This document shows positions 26,675 to 35,546 of a stretch of DNA of 64,000 bases, in pieces; the stretch's first letter is position 1, and every line of letters starts with the position of its first letter. This DNA comes from Squalus acanthias. Its lineage: Eukaryota. A program made the translations under genes and the position numbers. The stretch covers positions 121,956,001-122,020,000 of the forward strand of contig CM059432.1 of the NCBI GenBank assembly GCA_030390025.1, read 5' to 3'. The notes beneath the pieces were generated by a model that saw only the letters and a program-made list of their open reading frames with translations, was not told where the DNA came from and did no database searches.

Positions 26675-26960
26675 CCATTTTGGGCAGAAGCAGCAGCAAT
26701 TTGGGCAGGAACAGCCATTTTGAACAGAAGCAGCAGTATTTAGAGCAGGAACAGCCATTTTGAACAGAAGCAGCAGTATTTCGGGCAGGAACAGCCATTT
26801 TGAACAGAAGCAGCAGTATTTAGAGCAGGAACAGCCATTTTGAACAGAAGCAGCAGTATTTCGGGCAGGAACAGCCATTTTGAACAGAAGCAGCAGTATT
26901 TAGGGCAGGAACAGCCATTTTGAACAGAAGCAGCAGTATTTCCAGGGGCAGAAGCAGCAG
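26675..26960. repeat. 40-bp tandem repeat, about 7 copies
   Basis: Unit CAGCCATTTTGAACAGAAGCAGCAGTATTT(A/C)G(A/G)GCAGGAA. Confidence 0.95.
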
Positions 26961-27624
26961 CAGTTCAGTCTCAAGTGAGAAATTTTTACCTGGATCAATG
27001 TCATAAAACTTAACAATTTACTGCCTCAGTGGAAGATGGAATGTTTCCATCATTTCTCACTTTCCCATTGTTTTGCAACAAATCCACCTCTGTCCTACGC
27101 CCTCAGCTGTGTGCCTTTACAACGAGATTTTCCATATTGAAGAACTTAATTTAATTCAATATTTAATTGAACTTACTGTCAGTCTCTTTTCTTTATTGCA
27201 GACCTGAGAGAAAGCTTAAATCCAGCTTTATTTGCTTTGTGCAGTTCATTCAAGGATACACTACTGTGGTTAGTGTCATGTACGAGGACTGTCTTGAGTT
27301 AATCAGTGAAATATTGTAGAAAGCAGGCTGTTTTTTATTGCTCATTTTACGCACACACACACACACTGGTTTCACACTCAAATGAGAATTTTAAGTGGCT
27401 ATGTGAGCACTTTGCCAGGAATTGTATGGAATGAATATATCAGCGTTGACTTTTTTTTTAGTAAGTCATGCATAATCTATGGAGTTTGTCTTTTCTGACC
27501 ATGCGAAGAATGTTAAATATAACGAGAAATCTCATAAATAAAGAAAGAACAGTAGAAAGTAATAAAAACAGAAAATGCTGGAAATACTCAGCAGGCCAGG
27601 CAGCATCTGTGGAGCGAGAAACAG

Positions 27625-27660
27625 AGTTAATGTTTCAGGTCAATGACCTTTCATCAGAAC
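27625..27660 (-). ncRNA. Degenerate minimal hammerhead ribozyme motif in the Penelope terminal repeat
   Basis: Minus strand GTT-CTGATGA-A-AGGTCA-T-TGACCT-GAAA-CA-TT-AACT. Confidence 0.6.
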
Positions 27661-27956
27661 ACGGTGGCATAGTGGTTAGCACTGTTGCCTCACAGCGCCA
27701 GAGACCTGGGTTCGAATCTGGCCTCGGGTGATTGTCTGTGTGGAGTTTGTACATTGTCTGCGTGGGTTTCCTCCGGTTTCCTCCCACAGTCCAAAGATGT
27801 GCGGGTTAGGTTGATTTGGCTATGATAAATTGACCCTTAGTGTTAGGGGAGGATTAAATATGTGGGGTTACGGGGATAGGGTGGGATATGTGTTGGTGTA
27901 GGCTTGATGGGCCAAAATGGCCTCTATCTGCACTGTGGGGATTCTGTGATTCTGTG
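27661..27956 (+). mobile_element. tRNA-derived HE1/V-SINE-like element
   Basis: A box GGTGGCATAGTGG, B box GGTTCGAATCT, V-domain TGTGTGGAGTTTG…GGGTTTCCTCC…CCCACAGTCCAAAGA, CR1-like tail, AGAAC TSD. Confidence 0.85.
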
Positions 27957-27984
27957 AGAACTGGAGAAAGTTAGAGATGTAACA

Positions 27985-28730
27985 GCTGCATAATTCGGCT
28001 CCTTAGCGCCCGTTTCTTCAGAGCTACGAGTGCTGTTTTAGCTCCAAAATGGCATCCGTGCCATGGAGATTGTTGGTAGGTGAGTGATGGGGCTGTGGTG
28101 CATTGAGCAGTGTGTGAGGCTTGTGGTGCAGTTGGTGGGATATAGCATTTGAAGATGCATTCACTGACCTTGACCACTTGTGTGAGGTCATTGAACTTTT
28201 TGTGGCACTGCATCCAGGTCCTCGGGGCTTGACTTCTGGCATTGACTGCCATGGCTACCTGCTCCCATTGCCTTCGCAGAGTTTGTATTAGCTGGCTCCC
28301 TGTGGATAGAGGACATCTCTCCTCCTCTCCACCTCCTCCACCAAGGCCTCCAGTGCAGCATCTGAGAACCTTGGAGCATGCGCTCTCTCCCCTGCTGTGC
28401 CATTAGTCACTCTTCTTGCAGGTCAGACTCTCTTTTGCAGCCATTTCCAGCACCTGCTCCAGCCAGAATGCACCTCCACTTTAAGAGGTGCAGTTTGGCT
28501 TTAGGTAGTGCAGGCTTGCTTTAAGTGGTGCTAGCCTCGCACGAACTTGGGCCCCCTGCTGAGGCGGTCAGCCACTCAACAGTGTGTTCAGTGCTTCCTC
28601 AATGCTGCAATCATTTAAATTAACTGGCAGCATGAAGTTTGCATGTTGCCTGCATCAGAAGCAACGGGCGCGGGTTAATCGCGCATCGCGATCCCCGGCC
28701 CGTTTTCAGGGCCTATGGAATTTAGCCCCC
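27985..28730 (-). mobile_element. Harbinger derivative with Myb/SANT exon remnant
   Basis: RFSDAALEALVEEVERR…RTWMQCHKKFNDLTQVVK followed by a GTCAGT donor; end GGAATTTAGCCCCC. Confidence 0.7.
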
Positions 28731-29719
28731 AACAGGTTTGAAGCAAGTACAGAGGCAGGGAAAGGGGGGAGGGGAGGAAAGAACAAAAGGGACGGTCTGT
28801 GATAGGATGGAAGGCAGGAGAGATTAAGAGACAAAAGGGATGATGGTGCAAGACAAAAAGGGGATGGTAATGGGACAAGTAAAGTAACAAAAGATGGGTC
28901 GAGAGGAGCTGATAATGACAAAAGCAGATTTATTACCAGCAACTGCTATCCAAACAAATGGGGGCAGTGGTGAAATTGTTGAACTCAATGTTAAGTCCAG
29001 AAGGCTGTAAAGTGCCTAATCGAAAGATGAGGTGCTGTTCCTCGAACTTCTGTTGAGCTTCAATAGAACAGTGTAGGAGGCCAAGGACAGAGAGGTCAGA
29101 GTGAGAGTGGTGTGGAGAATTAAAGTGGCAAGTGACCGGAAGGGAAGAGTCGGAGATGGACCATGTGAAGGCGAGGGAGGGATGGAAATTGGAAGCAAAG
29201 TTGATGACAATTTCTAGTTCGGGGCAAGAGAGGAAGCAGTGCCGATACAGTCATCAATGTATAGAAAAAGAGGTGAGGAAGGGCACCTGAGTTGGACTAA
29301 AACAAAGAATGTTCCACGTATCCCATGAAAAGGCAGGCTTAGCTGGGACCCATAAGGGTTCCCAATGCAACACCTTTTATTTGGAGGAAGCGAGTGGAGT
29401 CAAAGGAGAAGTTGTTCAATGTAAGGCCAAGTTCAGCCAGGTGGAGGAGGGTGGTGGCGGATGGGGACTGGTTGGACATCTGTTTAAGGAAGAAGCGAGG
29501 GGCCCGCAGGCCGTCCTGGTAGGGGATGAAGATGTAGAGGGACTGGGCGTCCATGGTGAAAAGGAGACCGTTAGGGCCAGGAAACTGGAAACTGTTAAAG
29601 TGATGGAGGGCGTCGGAAGAGTTGTGGATGTAGGTGGGATGAGACTGGACAAGAGGAGAAAAATTAGAGTCAAGATAGGAACAAATAAGTTCTGTGGGGC
29701 AAGAACAAGCTGAAACAAT

Positions 29720-30564
29720 GGGCTGGATTTTCGAAGCCCCGAGGAGGCGGGCATGGAGGCGGGACAGCTGGGAAACTCGGAGAAAGTGGGGGCGGTTGGT
29801 AAAGCCACCCCCATCCCGCCTCCGTGCCCTTTTGCCAGAAGGTGGGAAGATGTGCAGCTTCGGGTCCCGTCTCCTGGAGGCATGAAAGGCATTTAATCCC
29901 TTTAACTGCCTGTTAACAGGTAGTTAACAGGCAGAAAAAAGGATTAGTGCCATTTTACCTGCACAGATGAAGGCTTCCCGACCTCGGAGAACCCCATCGG
30001 GTTGGAGGAGACATGGAGGAGGTCTGCAGTGGTCGGAGGCACCTGGAAGTAAGGTGTAGAGGTGAGTGATGGGTGCAAGTGTGGAGTGGTAAGTATGCAA
30101 GGTGAGTGATAAGTTTAAAAAAGTGTTCACTTACCTTGTTTTCTTCATACAGCCTTTAGCCGCGGTGGATCGGGAGAGCCGACATCCTCCTTGTCAATTT
30201 CACAGAATGGCTGTTGGAATCTCCATTCTAATAGCCATGTGAAATTTACAAATTTGAAAGGTTTGATGAGTCCTCAACACAAGGACTCATCAAACTAAAG
30301 AGAATGTCAGTGTTTGACAGCTTCACAGAGCTGTCAAACGCTGACATTTCTTCTTTCAAGAAGTCTTGACAGATAGCACATCTGATGTTGACGTGATCTG
30401 TCAGTGACTTCCTCCCTAATTGGCCTGCTGAGCCCGCAGGCCGGGCCTAACAAGCTCAATCGGGGAAAATCCCTCTGGTTGGTCAGGCGAGGATGGAGGC
30501 GGGACATTGACACGACAAGCAGCTGTCCCGCCTCCAACTCGCCTCCATTCACAAAATCCAGCCC
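29720..30564. mobile_element. MITE
   Basis: TIR GGGCTGGATTTT / AAAATCCAGCCC, TSD AAT (29717-29719/30565-30567). Confidence 0.8.
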
Positions 30565-32059
30565 AATGGGTCTACTAGTGCAGTCCTGTTTGTGGATCTT
30601 GGGAAGGAGGTAGATGTGAGCTGTGCAGGTTTTGGGAACTATGAGGTTGGAGGCTGTGGAGGAAAGATCTCCAGAGGAGATGAGGTCAGTGACAGTCTAG
30701 GAAATGATGGCTTGAGTTTCAGTGGTAGGGTCATGGTCCAGGAGGTGGTAGGAGGAGGTATCAGAGAGTCGGCGTTCAGCCTCTGCAAGGTAGAGGTTGG
30801 TTCACCAAACAACAATAGTGCCACCCTTGTAAGCAGGTTTAATGACAATGTTTGGGGTCAACCTGAGAGAACGGAGTGCTGCATGTTCAGAGGGACATAG
30901 GTTAGAGTGAGTGAGTGTGTGGAGTAGAAAAATTGAGACAACCGATGTCACGCCGGCAGTTCCCAAGATCTAGAGAGTGTAAGAGGCCCGAGGGAGAGGT
31001 CCAGGTGGAACGAGAATTCAGAAGATGGGAGAAAGGATCCGCTATGTGGGGCGAAGACTCCTGGCCATAGAAGTGGGTACGGAGGCGAAAGCGACAGAAG
31101 AAGAGCTCAGCATCAAGCCGAGCTCGAATTTCATTGAGGTGGGGGCATAAGGGGATAAAGCTGAGGCCTTATCTGAGCACTGATCATTCAAGGTCAGAGA
31201 AGGGAATGTCAGAGGCGATAGTGAAAACACGGCAAGGGGTGAGATTGGAAGGAGGGATGGGATAAGAGGAAGCTGAAGGAGAAGAAGGATCCAGAGGGAT
31301 GTTGGTATCCAAGAGTTGTTGAAGCTTGCGGTCTTTACACTTGAAAGGAAGAAGAAATGTATTTTGTTAAAGCGTCGGATGAGACGAAGGATGAAATGGA
31401 ACTGCGGGCCAGAACTATTCTGAGATAGAGTGAGTCGGTGTTGCTGAAGGGAAAGGTCAAGAGTGTGTATGTGACGGCCCATGGCGTTGGTGAAGGTGAA
31501 CAAGGTAAAAGAGACAAATGGAAATCCCGTCGGAGAGAAGAGCAGAGCATCTTTAAGGTTGGCATTCCTGGAAGAGAAGTGGCAGTGAACCAAACACTAA
31601 TACAAAAGCAAAATACTGCAGATGCTGGAAATCTGAAATAACAACAGAAAATTCTGGAAATACTCAGCAGGTCAGGGAGCATCTGTGGAGAGAGAAAGTA
31701 ATGGTGGTGTGATGCTGTATTGGATTGAACTATATACAGCAGGGGTGGCTTGTACCAGTCACACAGATTTTTAAAGGAAAATTCACAACTGAATTAAAAA
31801 TGCCTTGCAAATGTCATTCAATTAAATAATTCGCAAAAAAATTACTTGTAAATAAACCTAGTATTGACCCCTAGTTTTGGACTCCCCCACAAGTGGAAAC
31901 ATCTTCTCTACATTTACTCTATCAAACACCTTCATAATTTCAAAGTACTCTATTAGGTAACCACGCAGCCTTCTCTTTTCTAGAGAAAAGCTCTCCAGCC
32001 TGTTCAGTGTTTCCTGATAGTTATAACCTCTCAGTTTTGGTATCATCTTGTTTGTACCT

Positions 32060-33733
32060 TGTAGAATTCGCAATATATCGCGATTTTATAAATAAGGAGA
32101 AAACACATAGTTTCGTTCAAACAGCTTTATTTCAGCAGAATGCTGTCAGGTTTTCAAAGTGGACACAAGCAGCCTGTAAAATGGCCGCCGCACCTCATGA
32201 CGGAACATTCTAGACTTTTCGACAGGCAGACAAGATGGCGTTCCAATAAACATTTGTGCAAGATCGATTAAGATTCAGCACATTGAAGATAATACACGAG
32301 ACATTATGGGTTTGCAGTATACACATAAATACTGAAATCGGTCTCCCAGGTACGAATGAAAGCTATTGTACCAAGTAATCAAGGGCCCATCCAAAGACAT
32401 TAATATGTAAAACCCCAACGACTCTACGATGAGAGAGCCGTTAGCGGGTAGTTATACAAGACACTTGGAAGCCCCAAAACCCCTCCAGGGAGAACACCGA
32501 CCGATTAAACAATGGGAGAAATATTAACAGGTACTCAGACATTTACGAGTAGCCCCGAAACCCATTAAAAACGGAGATCACCTATACAAGACATTTGAGC
32601 GCCAAACCCAAACAAAAGAAAAGGCATTAAGGTTGGGCGGGAAACGGAAGATTTTGTACTATAATTACAAGCTCCAACCGTCCATCTTTCTCTTATCCGA
32701 TTGACTTGTATCCTCGTGGCTGCTCCTGTGTTTTGACTCGCCGTCTTGTTCCTGCTTGCTTGGTGTCTCTTTTAAAAGACTGTTGAACTTTGTGATCCGT
32801 TCGGATCTACCTTGTGTCGTGTAACGAAGACCTATGTTGGTAACTGGCATCGGAACCAAAGGCCCGAGAAGAGATGAGATGAGATGAGAAGAGAGGAAGA
32901 CCATACTTATCGCCACGGTCAGTAAGCCCCGACCGCGCCTGTAGGTCGAATAGCCATTTTCCTTGCCAGAAAGACTTCTTTGAACTTTGAAGAACGGACC
33001 CTGGAAGATTCTCCGTGAAGATATTGACTGGTCTGTGAAACCCATCAGGGCAGTGTCTCATGACGGACACCGAGAGAATATTCTCGTAAGTGTTGACTGA
33101 TATGTTGAACCAACCAACACAGATCTTCATCACAGCAGACGTTCCAGCCTGCTAGCCGGAGCAGAAGCAAGTAAACAAGTAGGGCCAGGAGACCCCCTGA
33201 TCGACACGTGGGTGCTGCGGTGAAAACATCCGATCAGCTATTCGGAATTTCTCCGAGTTATCACGAGTGGTGAGCATGAGTCTCGAATCCTACGAATCCA
33301 GCTAGGACAGATATTGATAGGGGAGGGTTTAAGTATTAAGGATACTTGTAATGTGTGCCCCTATTTACGGTGTGTCGTTCGTTCCTCGTTTCCCTAGAAT
33401 TAGCTACATAACTGTGTGTAAGATTGTACTGTCATTAATCTGTGCTTATGACATGTATTTCGTAATCTTAAATATCATGCAATAAAGATTTTTTCCATTT
33501 CGTACCATTCAACCGAGTCTACATGAGTTTCATCTCCATTACTGCTCTCGCATCTAAGTCCAGTGTCTAGAACCGTAAGGGCGAGTGATTCGAACCACTC
33601 ACAGGTGTGTCTAGTGCTCCCAGACTGGCTGGAGACCAGAACAGGCAACAAGGCCTAAACCCGCACTGACATACAGGCTGCACAGAGCCGCGCGAATCTC
33701 ACAGGCTGAGAGACACGCACGCAAACCCTTACA
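32060..33733 (+). repeat. 5' LTR
   Basis: TGTAGAA…CCTTACA; TATA-like TATAATTA at 32660; AATAAA at 33481. Confidence 0.97.
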
Positions 33734-33737
33734 GAAA

Positions 33738-35546
33738 ATGGCGACCGCGGCAGGACACTGGCAGCGAGAGGGTAGTGTGTTAGACTTTGGTATGACTGTA
33801 CGAAATGTTATGCAGGAAAAGATAGCAGATTATGTTTTCGGAAAGGTTAATCTAACTAAGAAATGGATAAGTGAATTGTTAGCGGATAAAAGTCCACTAG
33901 AAGCAGCCGAAAGGTGGACAGATAGTAAAGAACATAAAAAGACCCTCGAGAAAGCAGTCTGGCTAATGTGTTACAAAAGGCAGGTCCAGATTTCAAACCA
34001 GACCATTACAGCGCTAACAGCTCGAATCAGTCATTTAGAGGGAGAAATGGATGAGAAGGTCTCTGGAGGGGAATTGCTCATTAGGAATTTAAGTGCGCTG
34101 CACCAAGAACGCCAGGAAATCTCCAGTCACCATAAAACAAGGATAGATTACCTCGAGTGCCAGGTCACTGAGGCAAAGTTAAATGAGGGCAGGTTAAAGG
34201 AACGATGTGCCCGCCAAGCTGCCCAGATAAGAACTCAGGAAGAGAGCTTAACGGGGGTTAGGGCGGCATATAAGTTGGCCCTTGAGGATAAGTTTCAGGG
34301 AGCCGATCATAGCGCCTGCCAAAAAGAGATAGAGCACCTCAAAAGGGCCGTGAACAAAGCGCACGGCATGGTGTGCCTTATCAGTCCGTCAGCACACCAG
34401 CCGCTAGTAAATGAGGAGTTTCAGAAATCCCCACCAAGTAAAGCAGAGGAAGTATTAGCCACTGCGCCCTCCGCGCCACCCAGCTATTCGGAAACCTGGG
34501 TAAGGGAGGAAGCAATGGAAGAAACGAAAGAGCCCATTGAGAAAGAAGTGGAAAAGGGACCATTGTATCCAGTAACAGGTATAAAAAGGGGCCCAAACAG
34601 AAACGGTGGGGAGGAACCAGGGGATCTCCTCGGCCAGCTTGTGTTGCCTCACAGCTCACACCAGCTGAGAGTTATGATAAGTCACGTACGGAAGCTAACC
34701 GAGGTAGACGACCCTTCCGTACATTTCAGAGAAGTTGAGCAAACCGCAGCCATTAACGGCTGCGATGATGGGGAAACAGCAAAAATGCTGTTGTTTTCGT
34801 TAGGCAGTTCAATCCTTCAGTGTCTCTCGGGCGAGAGCAAGAGGGGAACCAAGACTTATGAGGCATTAAAGAATGAGGTCCTGGAAGTGTTGGGGGCGGA
34901 CGATGAAGGTCCGTTTGCTAGAGTGGGACAGACAGTGCAGATGGAGGGAGAACCCCCGAAGGTTTTTGCCGACAGGCTGTGGCCAGTATATCAGCGCAGC
35001 TGTCTAGGTGCGCCAGAGCGCGACGATGTGGAGGGCGCCGGTTTAGCTCATTGGCTTAGGTGCATAATAGCCAACAGTTTACCAGCCGTCAGAGAGCAGG
35101 CAAAAGCATGGTTTGATCCCAATGACCCCAACATTACGGAAGAGTCGGTCTTGAATCGACTCACGTTAGGATATCGCAATATAAGGGGTATGGGAACACG
35201 TCCCCTTAAGGGAAAAGTACATGAGGTACGACCCGCAGCCCCGTATCAAAGGGAGTGGCATCAGGAGGGTAATCGCGCCCCACAGGCAAGTAATGCTTGT
35301 TACGGGTGTGGGAAGACAGGGCACTGGCGCAAGCATTGCAGGAACCCTTGGAAGGATTCCAAGGATAAAAATCCCGCAGCCCGAGCCCAGACGCCTGTCC
35401 CTGCTAGGGAAGCTGGTGCACCCACCCCTCCCGACGACCTCGAAGTAGTGTTGGGAGCCATGCGCAGTTTATTGAGTGCACATGGAAAGGTGGCGGTTGC
35501 ATCCGGCCCCGTAGGTGCCGCAGGACCGTCTAATAGAGCCCCATGA
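33738..35546 (+). CDS. gag: Gag (coiled-coil region, late domains, capsid-like region, one CCHC knuckle)
   Basis: 602-aa ORF; PSAPPSY; CYGCGKTGHWRKHC at 35298-35339; true start may be the ATG at 33792 or 33810. Confidence 0.92.
   Translation: MATAAGHWQREGSVLDFGMTVRNVMQEKIADYVFGKVNLTKKWISELLADKSPLEAAERWTDSKEHKKTLEKAVWLMCYKRQVQISNQTITALTARISHLEGEMDEKVSGGELLIRNLSALHQERQEISSHHKTRIDYLECQVTEAKLNEGRLKERCARQAAQIRTQEESLTGVRAAYKLALEDKFQGADHSACQKEIEHLKRAVNKAHGMVCLISPSAHQPLVNEEFQKSPPSKAEEVLATAPSAPPSYSETWVREEAMEETKEPIEKEVEKGPLYPVTGIKRGPNRNGGEEPGDLLGQLVLPHSSHQLRVMISHVRKLTEVDDPSVHFREVEQTAAINGCDDGETAKMLLFSLGSSILQCLSGESKRGTKTYEALKNEVLEVLGADDEGPFARVGQTVQMEGEPPKVFADRLWPVYQRSCLGAPERDDVEGAGLAHWLRCIIANSLPAVREQAKAWFDPNDPNITEESVLNRLTLGYRNIRGMGTRPLKGKVHEVRPAAPYQREWHQEGNRAPQASNACYGCGKTGHWRKHCRNPWKDSKDKNPAARAQTPVPAREAGAPTPPDDLEVVLGAMRSLLSAHGKVAVASGPVGAAGPSNRAP
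33739..33756 (+). promoter_or_regulatory. Primer-binding site, tRNA-Arg(UCG)
   Basis: TGGCGACCGCGGCAGGAC is the reverse complement of the vertebrate tRNA-Arg-TCG 3' end (…GUCCUGCCGCGGUCGCCA, recalled); 5 nt after the LTR. Confidence 0.85.

Larger units (their letters stand above)
27560..31700 (-). mobile_element. Decayed Penelope-like retroelement with terminal direct repeats, carrying three insertions
   Basis: RT motifs MDAQSLYIFIP…QIKGVALGTLMGPS (29339-29554); repeat CTGGAAATACTCAGCAGG…GCATCTGTGGAG at about 27578 and about 31653. Confidence 0.8.

Noticed and set aside
27661..27730. tRNA gene
   Set aside because: tRNA-like head continues into a SINE body and tail with a TSD
30261..30295. 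TGATGAGTCC…GGAC resembling a hammerhead
   Set aside because: No CUGA start and no GAAA after stem II; it is a perfect inverted repeat
32665..33133. Antisense LTR ORFs (126 and 108 aa, duplicated at 43785-44253) as HBZ-like genes
   Set aside because: No recognisable motif; duplication simply follows from the LTR; cannot be excluded without antisense transcript data
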